Source: an uncultured virus (IMG/VR IMGVR_UViG_3300042509_001805) (Duplodnaviria; Heunggongvirae; Uroviricota; Caudoviricetes). Taken from it: DNA of 20,000 bases. Below the pieces are notes generated by a model, which made no database searches, was not told the DNA's origin, and was given only the letters and a program-made list of their open reading frames with translations. Every line of letters begins with the position of its first letter. The first letter of the stretch is position 1. The stretch covers positions 57,534 through 77,533 of IMG/VR virus record IMGVR_UViG_3300042509_001805; one strand, given 5' to 3'. Below, piece by piece: positions 7,641-17,392 of the stretch. Position numbers and translations under genes: made by a program.

Positions 7641-8049
7641 TGCTGCGCAATACATTGCCGAGCTTGTATGTATAAGAAAATCGGAAAAGGATAACAAAGG
7701 AAGTTTAGCTTATAAGTTTTGGAATCAAACAGAAAGCTACGAAATACAAATTCGTGTAGCCAATAAACTAATAAATAAGTACGGAGAAAGAGCCGTGCTT
7801 CATTATTTAAATAGCCCTAGCGGATCGAATGTTTATTCGCTTGGGTTTTTGCATAAAAGTAAGAATTTTGTTTTACCGTTAGATTTTGTGAAAAAGGGTA
7901 TTGAAAATTCTAAGAAGATAACAGATGCCGAAGACGCAAAACCAAAAAAGATAGTAGAACAACCAACAGGCGAATACAAATCAAAACAATCATTACCAGA
8001 TAAAAAAAGTTTATTTTTCAAATTGAGGAAAGCAGATGGCAGTAACTAA
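7579..8049 (+). CDS. Hypothetical basic protein
   Basis: 156-aa ORF overlapping both neighbours. Confidence 0.7.
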   Translation: MTQKKQNTKKFSSISTGQPCSAAQYIAELVCIRKSEKDNKGSLAYKFWNQTESYEIQIRVANKLINKYGERAVLHYLNSPSGSNVYSLGFLHKSKNFVLPLDFVKKGIENSKKITDAEDAKPKKIVEQPTGEYKSKQSLPDKKSLFFKLRKADGSN

Positions 8050-10138
8050 AATACCTGATTATCTTAAAAAGTCAGCAAAAGATTATGGACAGATAATTAA
8101 AAGTGGTACAGAAGTATTAAAAGAAAAAAGCAGTTATGAAATTATTTCTGTGGGTCCAGCAATTGATATTGCTCTTGGAGGAGGAATAAAAGAAGGTAGT
8201 TGGGTTACTTTAACCGGCGATCCTAAGAGCGGAAAAGATCAGCCACTGACATCTACAGTTTATACACCAGATGGTCCTAAAACAATGGGATCATTAAAAA
8301 TTGGAGATTTGGTTTGTACTCCAGATGGCGACTTCGCGAAAATAAACGGTATTTATCCACAGGGATTAAAAGATGTTTATAGAGTTACATTTAATGATGG
8401 AACTTTTGCGGAGTGCGGGATAGACCACTTATGGAAAGTATGCAAAAATTATCACGGAAGAAATGACGAATGGGTAGTTTTACCATTGAGACAGATAATA
8501 GAAGAAGGCTTATTTTACAGCGATAGAGCAAAGTGGAAAATTCCTATATGTGAACCTGTTTATTTCGGCTGTAAAAATCTTGAAATAGATCCGTATATAC
8601 TGGGGTGCTTAATTGGCGATGGTGGGTTGTCACAAGGAACTCCTATTATTACCACATCAGATAATGAAATTTTAGAAGCTTTTAAATATTATGCAAAAAA
8701 TAATGGCTTAGAAATTCATCATAGATCAAGATATGATTATTCTATTGTTGGATATGAAAAAAATGTTAATAATTTAACTAATAAGTTAAGAACATTAAAT
8801 CTTATGGGTAAAAACTCTCATACAAAATTTATACCACAAAACTATCTTTATTCATCTATTAATGATAGATTTGAATTAATTCGTGGGCTGATGGATACTG
8901 ACGGATATAATGACAATGGTAAGTCTGCTGAATACAGCACTGTGTCATACTTATTAAGTATTCATGTGGCAGAGTTATTGCGTTCGCTTGGGTATATGGT
9001 AAAAACAAAAGAAAGAATGACAAAATGCAATGGTCAAGAATTTAAATCTTTTAGACTTTATATATCAGGCAATGATGTAAATAAGCTTTTTAAGCTTAGT
9101 CGTAAAATTTTCTATTCAAAAAGAAAAAAACCAAAATTATTCAAAACTATAAAGAAGGTTGAAGTTGTTAGAAAAGAAGAAACTCAATGTATCTTTATTA
9201 ACCACCAAGACCATCTTTATTTAACTGATAGTTTTAATGTTACTCACAATACAACTACAGCAATGCAGATAGCCGCTAATTGCCAAAAGCTTGGAAGAAA
9301 CATAATTTATATTGACGCAGAAGGAAGATTCAAGGATATGAATTTTCAAGTGGACGGACTAGATCCTGAAAAGATGCTTATTATGGCTCCAGAAGACAAA
9401 CCTATTCCAGCTGAGAAGTTTCTTGAATGGGCTTATATGATGATGAGTCACTCTGACAATTATGGGGCAGTATTGATTATTGATTCTATATCGTCGCTAA
9501 TACCAGAAAAAGAACTTGATGGAGATTTCACTGCTGGCCGCGCTGGATTACCAAAGGTTCTTTCTGTATTCACGAAGAAGGTTGGTCAGTTACTACCGAG
9601 GCAACGCGGTCTTGTTATTGCAATAACTCATTACATTGCGAATACATCCGGTTTTGGTAAAGCTAAAATGGCTGATGGTGGAAATAAAATTCAATATCAA
9701 GCTGACACAAGAATGGAAATTGCTGGCGGCGGAGAAAATACCCCGGCAGTTAAATTTTGGGAAGATGATGAAGGTAAACGAGTTGGTCAGGTAGTTAACT
9801 GGAAAATTATTTGTTCATCTATGGGACCACCGGGAGGACAGGTACAGAGTTATATCAAGTACGGCCACGGGATTGACCGAACGCAGGAAATTTTAATGCT
9901 TGCTTTAGATCTCGGTTTAATAGATAAATCCGGCGCTTGGTTTACTTGTTCTTTTATTCAACTTTATAAAGATTTAGCAAAACAAATTTTTCCAGATATA
10001 AATGTTGAAAATCAAGAAGAGTTGTTTTCAGTAAAAGGTTTTAAGTTTCAGGGGCAAAATAAACTATATGATTTTTTGAAATCTCATCCAGTTCTTGTTG
10101 ATACCCTAGAAAAGATGATAAAGGAAAACTTAACATGA
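8036..10138 (+). CDS. recA: RecA/UvsX recombinase precursor with intein (362 aa after splicing)
   Basis: IDIALGGGI; Walker A GDPKSGK|TT split by the insertion; YIDAE; Walker B IIDSIS; GGNKIQY; GIDR; KSGAWF. Confidence 0.93.
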   Translation: MAVTKIPDYLKKSAKDYGQIIKSGTEVLKEKSSYEIISVGPAIDIALGGGIKEGSWVTLTGDPKSGKDQPLTSTVYTPDGPKTMGSLKIGDLVCTPDGDFAKINGIYPQGLKDVYRVTFNDGTFAECGIDHLWKVCKNYHGRNDEWVVLPLRQIIEEGLFYSDRAKWKIPICEPVYFGCKNLEIDPYILGCLIGDGGLSQGTPIITTSDNEILEAFKYYAKNNGLEIHHRSRYDYSIVGYEKNVNNLTNKLRTLNLMGKNSHTKFIPQNYLYSSINDRFELIRGLMDTDGYNDNGKSAEYSTVSYLLSIHVAELLRSLGYMVKTKERMTKCNGQEFKSFRLYISGNDVNKLFKLSRKIFYSKRKKPKLFKTIKKVEVVRKEETQCIFINHQDHLYLTDSFNVTHNTTTAMQIAANCQKLGRNIIYIDAEGRFKDMNFQVDGLDPEKMLIMAPEDKPIPAEKFLEWAYMMMSHSDNYGAVLIIDSISSLIPEKELDGDFTAGRAGLPKVLSVFTKKVGQLLPRQRGLVIAITHYIANTSGFGKAKMADGGNKIQYQADTRMEIAGGGENTPAVKFWEDDEGKRVGQVVNWKIICSSMGPPGGQVQSYIKYGHGIDRTQEILMLALDLGLIDKSGAWFTCSFIQLYKDLAKQIFPDINVENQEELFSVKGFKFQGQNKLYDFLKSHPVLVDTLEKMIKENLT
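8237..9250 (+). mobile_element. Class 3 intein (338 aa) with LAGLIDADG homing endonuclease
   Basis: Block A DQPLTSTVYTPDG; block B ECGIDHLW; LAGLIDADG motifs LGCLIGDG and IRGLMDTDG; block F TQCI; block G VTHN followed by Thr+1. Confidence 0.92.
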
Positions 10139-11064
10139 ATTTTTGGAGTCTTCAAAAAGAAGGTAAGATTGATGGAAAATTTTTCTGCAATTTATACAAA
10201 TGTTGCAAGGAAATAAACATACAGGATTTAAAAAATGGAACTCGTAAAAACACTTACGAAGCAATGCAGAGTTATATCAATATCGATGAAAATTCTCCTA
10301 CTTTAGTAACACATGCTGGAGACTGGGGAATAAAGAAAAATCAATGTAGTATTACATCTAAAAACATATACGCTTATACTATTGAAGATGCAACTCACGG
10401 AGGAGTGTATCTTAATCTAGAAATAGATTCAGTTCTGCCAAATGTAAAAAGATGGTTCATGTCAAACATGGGTCAGCTTTTGCATGAAAAGATATACCCA
10501 GTTCCGTTGAACATCCTTAAAAAGGATTGGCAAGGAATAGATATAAATCAATTGAGACATGTCAAAAAAGAAAAACTATGCTACGCAAATTTTACAATCA
10601 CTTCTCCGTACAGAATACGGGTAGCTGAGTGGGCTTGGGGTGAAAAGTATATTGATTGCCATTTCCCGAAACGGTATGCAAATCAAGACATAGAACTTAG
10701 TATGCCAATCTTAAAAGAGCAAAGACTTTCTATGCAACAATTTACAGAAGTTTTATCTTCTTATCATTTTTGTATTGCGCCAACTGGAAACGGACTCGAC
10801 ACGTTTAGAACTTGGGAATGCATTTTATGCAATACAGTTCCAATAGTTCAAGACAATTGGATGAATAGAGTTTTCTCAAAAATATGGCCAATGATCATAG
10901 TGCAAAGATATGAATTTACCGATGTTTACAAAAAGATAAATGAATTTCATGAGCAATATGGGAAAGTAAACTACGATTATTCTTTGCTGCTAGAAGAAAA
11001 TTTTGATTTACTGCTAGATAGGATTGAATATGAAAGTAATAGGCTTAGACGGGAATACATATAA
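10135..11064 (+). CDS. Exostosin-like (GT47-type) glycosyltransferase
   Basis: YHFCIAPTGNGLDTFRTWECILCNTVPIV matches the exostosin-family FCxxPxGxGxDxxRxWE...xPIV motif. Confidence 0.75.
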   Translation: MNFWSLQKEGKIDGKFFCNLYKCCKEINIQDLKNGTRKNTYEAMQSYINIDENSPTLVTHAGDWGIKKNQCSITSKNIYAYTIEDATHGGVYLNLEIDSVLPNVKRWFMSNMGQLLHEKIYPVPLNILKKDWQGIDINQLRHVKKEKLCYANFTITSPYRIRVAEWAWGEKYIDCHFPKRYANQDIELSMPILKEQRLSMQQFTEVLSSYHFCIAPTGNGLDTFRTWECILCNTVPIVQDNWMNRVFSKIWPMIIVQRYEFTDVYKKINEFHEQYGKVNYDYSLLLEENFDLLLDRIEYESNRLRREYI

Positions 11065-11434
11065 GTGGAATCCAAAATCAGGCTCAGATTCAGCCAAAAG
11101 GTCAAAACTTCATGAAAAGGCAAAAATAATTCTTGACATATGTTTTCCTTATGATAGAATTCTACAAGAGGTTTCTTTACCCGGAACAAAAACACAAGGA
11201 AGAAAAGGAACTCTTCGGGCTGATTTTTTTATTCCGAATAGGAATCTTGTTGTAGAAATACATGGACAACAACACTTTAACTTTAACAAGTTTCATTTTA
11301 AAGATAAATTATCATTCTTTCGCGCTCAGGCTAGAGACAGGGATAAGCGCGAATGGTGTAATATAAACGAAATTAAGATAATAGAATTCAATTACAACGA
11401 GAGTGAAGATGACTGGAGAAGAAAAATTAGCTGA
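11030..11434 (+). CDS. Vsr/DUF559-like PD-(D/E)XK endonuclease
   Basis: QEV...LRADFFIP...VVEIHGQQH...RDRDKREWC...IKIIEF pattern. Confidence 0.75.
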   Translation: MKVIGLDGNTYKWNPKSGSDSAKRSKLHEKAKIILDICFPYDRILQEVSLPGTKTQGRKGTLRADFFIPNRNLVVEIHGQQHFNFNKFHFKDKLSFFRAQARDRDKREWCNINEIKIIEFNYNESEDDWRRKIS

Positions 11435-11888
11435 ATTTTTACAAGTCATAGAGGATTGGAAATTCTCTAAACATCTCAAGGAAGTGAAACCGCCAAAAGA
11501 TGAATCTACATTGAATGCCATTCTAAATGGAAATTCCGAATGGTTAAAAATGCTGAACGATAAAGAATGTATGATGTACGCTTATGAACTTTATGTTTAT
11601 GCTGAATATATTGAAACCATAAAAGCCAAAGAAAAAACAGTTTTAGAATGGGCGGATTCGTCTATTTGGTTTATAATAGGTGGAGTAATTAACCAGTACG
11701 GCAGTCAATACTCAAAGTGGCAAGAAAAGTATTACGCCGCTGTAAAAGAAAATCCACTCGCGTCAGAGATACTCAAGATTAAAAATCATGCAGAGGCTAG
11801 AGTAAGAATGCTTGATGGGAAACATGATAGATTGATGAAAATGGCGGACACTTTAAATAATTTAGCGAGGAGAAAGTATGGACAATGA
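11409..11888 (+). CDS. Hypothetical helical protein (possibly UvsY-like recombination mediator)
   Basis: About 160 aa, predicted all-helical, near recA. The function is inferred from context only. Confidence 0.55.
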   Translation: MTGEEKLAEFLQVIEDWKFSKHLKEVKPPKDESTLNAILNGNSEWLKMLNDKECMMYAYELYVYAEYIETIKAKEKTVLEWADSSIWFIIGGVINQYGSQYSKWQEKYYAAVKENPLASEILKIKNHAEARVRMLDGKHDRLMKMADTLNNLARRKYGQ

Positions 11889-12282
11889 ACATTTAAAAAG
11901 CATAGTAGATTCTTTGTCACCGGAACAGGTTGCGGATCTTTTACAACAAATACTTAAACAACAATCGGAAAAAAATGAGAAACCTACCTATAAAAGAAAT
12001 CCACAAACTAGCGAAAAAAATGACAACTCTTTTGTAATGAAGCAAGAACAAAGCAAAGTTAGAAAAACACCAGTCACAGAAGGCAGGCGTTTTAATAAGT
12101 TTAAAGACACTGGCGAACATCGTGACGAAGTAAACAAAACGCCAGAAGTTAATCTAACTGAAAGACGAAGACCAACTTTCAAACAAGTAGACCAAGTTTG
12201 TACACGTTGCAACAAAAAAGTTCAGGTTCATCCCCAACATGCTCGCGATTTTTATGTGTGTGACTCATGCCTAAGAAAGTAG
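11878..12282 (+). CDS. Hypothetical protein with C-terminal zinc finger
   Basis: C-terminal CTRC...CDSC; GAGGAG RBS. Confidence 0.75.
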   Translation: MDNEHLKSIVDSLSPEQVADLLQQILKQQSEKNEKPTYKRNPQTSEKNDNSFVMKQEQSKVRKTPVTEGRRFNKFKDTGEHRDEVNKTPEVNLTERRRPTFKQVDQVCTRCNKKVQVHPQHARDFYVCDSCLRK

Positions 12283-13739
12283 AAAATAAACTAGAAGACT
12301 TAGCTTCAGAAAGAGCCGTTCTGGCAGCACTTTGCCAACACGGTCTTGATGCATATCTAGATATAGATTTTATTGATTCTAGATCATTTACAGACCCCAT
12401 GAATCAATTGATATTTGATTGTATTTATAAGTCAATTTCTGAAAATACTCAAGTCGAACTATCGTCCATTCTTTCGGCAGCGAATAATCTTGGCGTTGCG
12501 GATCAAATAAACAACAAAGATGAAATAGCATTTATAAGATCTTTGTTTAATTTTCCAATACACAAATCAAATATTGGAACATACGCTACAAAAATAGCCA
12601 AGCTCAAATTGGCTAGAGATTTACTGAAAACCCTTCGAGCTTGTGAAACTGAACTTAATTCAGTGACAGGCGAAGAAGATATTATTGATATTATATCTAA
12701 AATAGAAGAGCCTCTACTTGACGCAACTAGCGATATATACCAATCATCAAGCAAAAAAACACAAACTCTTGGCGAGGGATTAGATGAATACTTAGAATAT
12801 CTTTCAAATAACGTATCTGATTTTGTTGGAATATCTAGCGGTTTTCCAGCTTATGATGCTGCGATTGGCGGAGGTCTTCGTAGAAAATCTGTTGATCTTG
12901 TCGCCGCAAGACCAAAAGTAGGCAAATCAATGTTTGGTGATGCGGTCGCTTTGCATGTAGCCAGCAAGTTGAATGTACCTGTTTTAGTTCTTGATACAGA
13001 AATGTCTAAAGAAGATCATTATAATAGAATTCTCGCGAACTTGTCTGGTGTTGAAATCAATAGAATTTCTACTGGAAAGTTTACTGAAAATGAAATAGAT
13101 AAAGAGAAGGTATTTAACGCTGCAAAAAAACTAAAAGAAATACCATATCATTATATTAGTATTTCTGGAGAGTCTTTCGAGAACATACTCAGTCAAACAA
13201 GAAAATGGATTTACCAGCATGTTGGATTTGATGAAAACGGAAAAACAAAAGATTGTTTGATAGTTTATGACTATCTCAAACTAATGGGATCGGAAGGCAT
13301 TAGCGCTGCTATGCAAGAGTATCAAGTGCTTGGTTTTCAAATTACTAAACTGCATAACTTTACAGTCAAGTATGATGTTCCATGTTTAGCTTTTGTACAA
13401 TTGAATAGAGATGGTATCACTAAAGAAAGCACAGACGCTGTTTCTGGTTCGGATCGTTTGATTTGGCTTTGTACTAGTTTTTCAATTTTTAAATTGAAAT
13501 CAGATGAAGAAAAAGCAACCGATGGTGTAAACAATGGTGACAGAAAACTTGTACCAGTTGTTTCTAGACATGGCGAAGGGTTGTGTGATGGTGATTATAT
13601 TAGTATGAAGATGCATGGTCGTTACGGAAGAATTGAACAGGGTTTAACGAGAAATGAAATTCACGAAAACAATAAAGTCAGACAAGAAGGTTTTGAAACA
13701 GACAACATTAACGAAGGAGAAGATCTCATCGTTATGTGA
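12267..13739 (+). CDS. dnaB: Replicative DNA helicase (DnaB family)
   Basis: SERAVLAAL N-domain, GISSGF, Walker A AARPKVGKS, DTEMS, VYDYLKL, VQLNR and SRHGE. Confidence 0.93.
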   Translation: MPKKVENKLEDLASERAVLAALCQHGLDAYLDIDFIDSRSFTDPMNQLIFDCIYKSISENTQVELSSILSAANNLGVADQINNKDEIAFIRSLFNFPIHKSNIGTYATKIAKLKLARDLLKTLRACETELNSVTGEEDIIDIISKIEEPLLDATSDIYQSSSKKTQTLGEGLDEYLEYLSNNVSDFVGISSGFPAYDAAIGGGLRRKSVDLVAARPKVGKSMFGDAVALHVASKLNVPVLVLDTEMSKEDHYNRILANLSGVEINRISTGKFTENEIDKEKVFNAAKKLKEIPYHYISISGESFENILSQTRKWIYQHVGFDENGKTKDCLIVYDYLKLMGSEGISAAMQEYQVLGFQITKLHNFTVKYDVPCLAFVQLNRDGITKESTDAVSGSDRLIWLCTSFSIFKLKSDEEKATDGVNNGDRKLVPVVSRHGEGLCDGDYISMKMHGRYGRIEQGLTRNEIHENNKVRQEGFETDNINEGEDLIVM

Positions 13740-14736
13740 TGAAGTCTTTTTGAAGATTGATGATTTATTAGAAAAGCTTGAAATTGACTATGTTAAATAC
13801 CCAAATAGACTAGCGTTTCCATGTCCAGTGCATGGAGGCGATAATCCAGAGGCTTGTTGTATTTTTACTGATGGAATTAGTAATCAGGGTAATTGGGCTT
13901 GTTGGACTCATTCCTGCCATGAAGAATATGTAAATAATCTTTTTGGTTTTGTTCGGGGTTGTTTATCATACAAACAAAACAAACCAGTTTCCATGATTGA
14001 AACATCTAATTTTTTATGCGACTTTATATCGAAAGATATCGACGAATTGGAAGTTAAGCAAGTAAGAGAATCTAAGAGTCTTGATATTTTCAATAGAAAA
14101 ATAACGAGAGCTACATCTAACATTTCTCGCGAAGAAATAAGAGATAGAATACAAATACCTTCTGAATATTACATTCGCAGAGGATACTCGTCTGAAATTC
14201 TTAATTTATTTGACGTTGGAGAATGTTTGACAGAAAATCAGCCAATGAGTGGTCGTGTAGTCGTTCCAATTTATGACGAGGGCTCTAACTATGTAGGATG
14301 CGTTGGAAGATCAATCAAAGAGCATATAAATCCAAAATGGCTACATAGTAAAAACTTCACTAAGAATGTTTTGTATGGAATGAATCTTGCAAAAGAATGT
14401 ATATTGAAAACAAGAACGGTCGCAATTGTCGAAGGACAGGGCGATGTATGGAGGGCGTTTGAAGCTGGATTAAACTTTACTGTAGGAATATTTGGATGTA
14501 GTTTAAATGACGATCAATTGATATTACTAGAGCAAAGTGGAGCTTTAAATGCCATAATACTAACAGATCAAGACGAAGCAGGAAATAAAGCGGCAGAGCA
14601 AATAATGCATAAATGCGGTCGTAGATTTAACTATATAAGACCAAACTGGTCAACAAAAGATATTGGTGATTTAACAGTCGAACAAATTAAAACAGAAATA
14701 TATCCTCAGTTGAAAGGACTTGTTGATGAAAACTAG
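13654..14736 (+). CDS. dnaG: DNA primase (zinc-binding plus TOPRIM; start uncertain)
   Basis: CPVHGGDN...WACWTHSC zinc site; GRVVVPI; GR; PKW; LYG; TOPRIM VEGQGD and DQDEAG; KDIGD. Confidence 0.9.
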   Translation: MKFTKTIKSDKKVLKQTTLTKEKISSLCDEVFLKIDDLLEKLEIDYVKYPNRLAFPCPVHGGDNPEACCIFTDGISNQGNWACWTHSCHEEYVNNLFGFVRGCLSYKQNKPVSMIETSNFLCDFISKDIDELEVKQVRESKSLDIFNRKITRATSNISREEIRDRIQIPSEYYIRRGYSSEILNLFDVGECLTENQPMSGRVVVPIYDEGSNYVGCVGRSIKEHINPKWLHSKNFTKNVLYGMNLAKECILKTRTVAIVEGQGDVWRAFEAGLNFTVGIFGCSLNDDQLILLEQSGALNAIILTDQDEAGNKAAEQIMHKCGRRFNYIRPNWSTKDIGDLTVEQIKTEIYPQLKGLVDEN

Positions 14737-15622
14737 AATTTTGGCATTTGCTGGAGCTAAACAAGCTGGCAAATCTACTTTTTCAAATTTTTTACATGGG
14801 TATCAGCTTCGCGCACAAGAAGTGGTACAAGATTTTGCAATTGCTGAAAATGGCAAACTTGTGGTTAAAACGGAAGTCATTGAAGATGGAAAAACTCAAA
14901 TTGGCGAAACATTTCTAGATACATCAAGAAAAGACCCTGATTTCGTAGAGTGGGCAATGTATAATATGTGGCCATTTGTAAAAAAGTATTCGTTTGCCGA
15001 TACATTAAAAGAAATTGGTATGACGTTGTTCGATTTGAGTTACGAGCAGGTTTACGGCTCGGAGGCGTACAAAAATCAATTAGTTGAACATCTTCGATGG
15101 GAAAATATGCCCGGAGTTCTCACGGATGAACTTTGTGATATTTATCAGGATGTGTGTAGTGCAAATGCAAATCCTAAAGATTGGCCCTTGGAATACTCTA
15201 AACTAACTTATCACGCCGCAGGCCCAATGACAGTGCGTGAATTCCTCCAGTTTTTTGGAACGGAAGTATGTCGTAAGATTTACTCGCCAATATGGGTAAA
15301 TCGAACCATCAAAGATATACAGCAAGAAGAGCCTTTGCTTGCAGTTGTGGATGACTGTAGATTTGAAAACGAGATACGGGCCATACAAAAAGCTGGCGGA
15401 AAAGTTATCGGTTTAACACGCAAGCCGTCTAAAGATGATCATGGAAGCGAACGTGTTATTGAGCAACATTCTGATATATTAGATGCTATTATCGATAACC
15501 AAAACATGGAAATTCTAGATGTTTGCAAATCTATCATTACTCAATTGGATGAGTGGGGTTGGCTTGGAGCGCAAACAATTACAAACAATACAAAAGGACT
15601 TCACACCATAAAGGGTAAATAA
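14726..15622 (+). CDS. Deoxynucleoside monophosphate kinase-like protein
   Basis: AGAKQAGKST P-loop, SFADTLKE, REFLQFFGTEVCR, WV, DDCRFENE and GG motifs of the T4 gp1-like dNMP kinases. Confidence 0.85.
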   Translation: MKTRILAFAGAKQAGKSTFSNFLHGYQLRAQEVVQDFAIAENGKLVVKTEVIEDGKTQIGETFLDTSRKDPDFVEWAMYNMWPFVKKYSFADTLKEIGMTLFDLSYEQVYGSEAYKNQLVEHLRWENMPGVLTDELCDIYQDVCSANANPKDWPLEYSKLTYHAAGPMTVREFLQFFGTEVCRKIYSPIWVNRTIKDIQQEEPLLAVVDDCRFENEIRAIQKAGGKVIGLTRKPSKDDHGSERVIEQHSDILDAIIDNQNMEILDVCKSIITQLDEWGWLGAQTITNNTKGLHTIKGK

Positions 15623-16644
15623 TGATAGTTACATACATCAGAAGTTCTTCGTATAACAATTACGATTACTGCGAAATGCAGTATTTTATAACTTACGTTC
15701 TTGGTCATACATCGACTTCTGGTAAAAAGGCACAGCTTGGCACTATTGTCCATAAAGTTATGGAGTGCCTTGCTTCCTGCAAAAAACATCTTCAAGATAA
15801 TCAAGATGAAAAAAGTTTGTTTATCAACGACGACGCTTTGGGCAAAATAAACTTTACTCCCAAAACTCTATTTACAAAAGCTTTTGTTTTTAAGTTACTT
15901 GATCAAAGCTATGAATACTATACAGCAAATTGTACTCATAAGTATATTACGGCAGATAAAAAGTTCTGTAAAGAATCAACTGATATTGCTTTGGATTACA
16001 ACGGGGGTCAATTTGATCCTAGAAATAGAAACATAATTCAAGCAGAGCCTCATTTTGATATACCAATCACTCAAGAGTGGGCAAAATTTAAGTACATGAT
16101 TGACGGAAAAGAAGTTGAAGGGCAATTAGCTATAAAAGGAACAATAGACCTTGTAACCAAGGTAGATGATGGTATAATCGAGGTGATAGACTGGAAGACT
16201 GGACAAAGAAAGAACTGGGCGACTGGCGAAGAAAAAACTTACGAAAAACTAATTGATGACCCGCAATTACTTTTGTATAATTATGCAATATCTCAACTTT
16301 ATCCTGAATATGAACAAGCAATAATGTCGATATTTTTCATACGAGATGGAGGCCCATTTAGTATGTGCTTCGACAAATCTGATCATGATAGATTTTTAGA
16401 GATGCTTGAAAAAAGATTTACAGAAATCAAAAATAACACAAGGCCGAATTTATGTTCTCGTAATCGAACAAGTTTTAAATGCACAAGACTTTGTGATTTT
16501 TATAAAAAAAATTGGCCCGGAACAAATGTTTCGATGTGCGAACATGTTGAAGAACATTTAAAAACTTTTGGACACGATACTACTATAGAGAAATGCACAA
16601 GAGAAGGACATAACATTGGATACTACCAAGCTCCCGGAGGTTAA
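15622..16644 (+). CDS. PD-(D/E)XK exonuclease, Cas4/RecB/AddB-like
   Basis: SSS...C, GTIVH, E, GTIDLV, IDWKTG, QLLLY and a C-terminal Cys cluster CSRNRTSFKCTRLC. Confidence 0.88.
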   Translation: MIVTYIRSSSYNNYDYCEMQYFITYVLGHTSTSGKKAQLGTIVHKVMECLASCKKHLQDNQDEKSLFINDDALGKINFTPKTLFTKAFVFKLLDQSYEYYTANCTHKYITADKKFCKESTDIALDYNGGQFDPRNRNIIQAEPHFDIPITQEWAKFKYMIDGKEVEGQLAIKGTIDLVTKVDDGIIEVIDWKTGQRKNWATGEEKTYEKLIDDPQLLLYNYAISQLYPEYEQAIMSIFFIRDGGPFSMCFDKSDHDRFLEMLEKRFTEIKNNTRPNLCSRNRTSFKCTRLCDFYKKNWPGTNVSMCEHVEEHLKTFGHDTTIEKCTREGHNIGYYQAPGG

Positions 16645-17392
16645 AATAGTTCTTTTAACTGAGTTTTATAAGTCAAAATTCGAAGAAAGAAACAAAGAGT
16701 TGCTGGACTCTTTGCAAAGAAATATTGATTGTGAACATATCAAAAAAATTGTTTTGTTTTATGAAAATAGTCTAGACGAATATCCAGATATAGCATTCAG
16801 CCCAAAGATTGAAATTGCTTATACAAAATCAAGAATGAAGTTTGCAGACTATTTTAATTACTACAATAGTAACCTATCTGGACATATTTGCATAATTGCC
16901 AACAGTGATATCTACTTTGATGATTCAATAAAACATATTCACAACATCAGAGAAAATGAATTTTTATGTATAACCAGATGGAATCGAAATGAGCTTCAGG
17001 GACATGACGAATATAGTCAAGATGTGTGGGTTTTTAGAAAACTAATACCGCAAAAAATGGTTGATTGTTCAGGTTTTTACCTTGGCAAACAGCAATGCGA
17101 TAATAGAATATCTTTTGTGGCGATGAAGAATGGATTTGATTTAATTAATCCGTGCCATTTAGTCAAATGTCAACATCTACATAAAGACCCAGATAAAATC
17201 ACTTACAACAAAAAAGAGAACTTTAAAAATTTACTATATTTGTCAACGGTTAAACCGTCTGATAAAATTGAATATACCGAGAATAATGTTTGTTCATATT
17301 GGGCAGATTCTGGTGGAACTAGGTATTGCGGATCATGGTATGTTAACTTTTGCAGGAATGAATTAAATGACTTGGAATCCAATCAATTGTAA
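16616..17392 (+). CDS. Putative GT-A-fold glycosyltransferase-like protein
   Basis: Hydrophobic strand plus DxxxD-type motif IIANSDIYFD, then SQDVWVF, CDNRI and a late HLH; TTG start after AAGGA. Confidence 0.55.
   Translation: MDTTKLPEVKIVLLTEFYKSKFEERNKELLDSLQRNIDCEHIKKIVLFYENSLDEYPDIAFSPKIEIAYTKSRMKFADYFNYYNSNLSGHICIIANSDIYFDDSIKHIHNIRENEFLCITRWNRNELQGHDEYSQDVWVFRKLIPQKMVDCSGFYLGKQQCDNRISFVAMKNGFDLINPCHLVKCQHLHKDPDKITYNKKENFKNLLYLSTVKPSDKIEYTENNVCSYWADSGGTRYCGSWYVNFCRNELNDLESNQL

Noticed and set aside
13640..13739. Programmed frameshift fusing DnaB to primase (G GGT TTA heptamer, 86-nt overlap)
   Set aside because: The -1 frame hits TGA within a few codons, and the primase is in the +1 frame.
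15622..16644. CRISPR-Cas locus
   Set aside because: No repeat-spacer array or other cas genes seen in the window.
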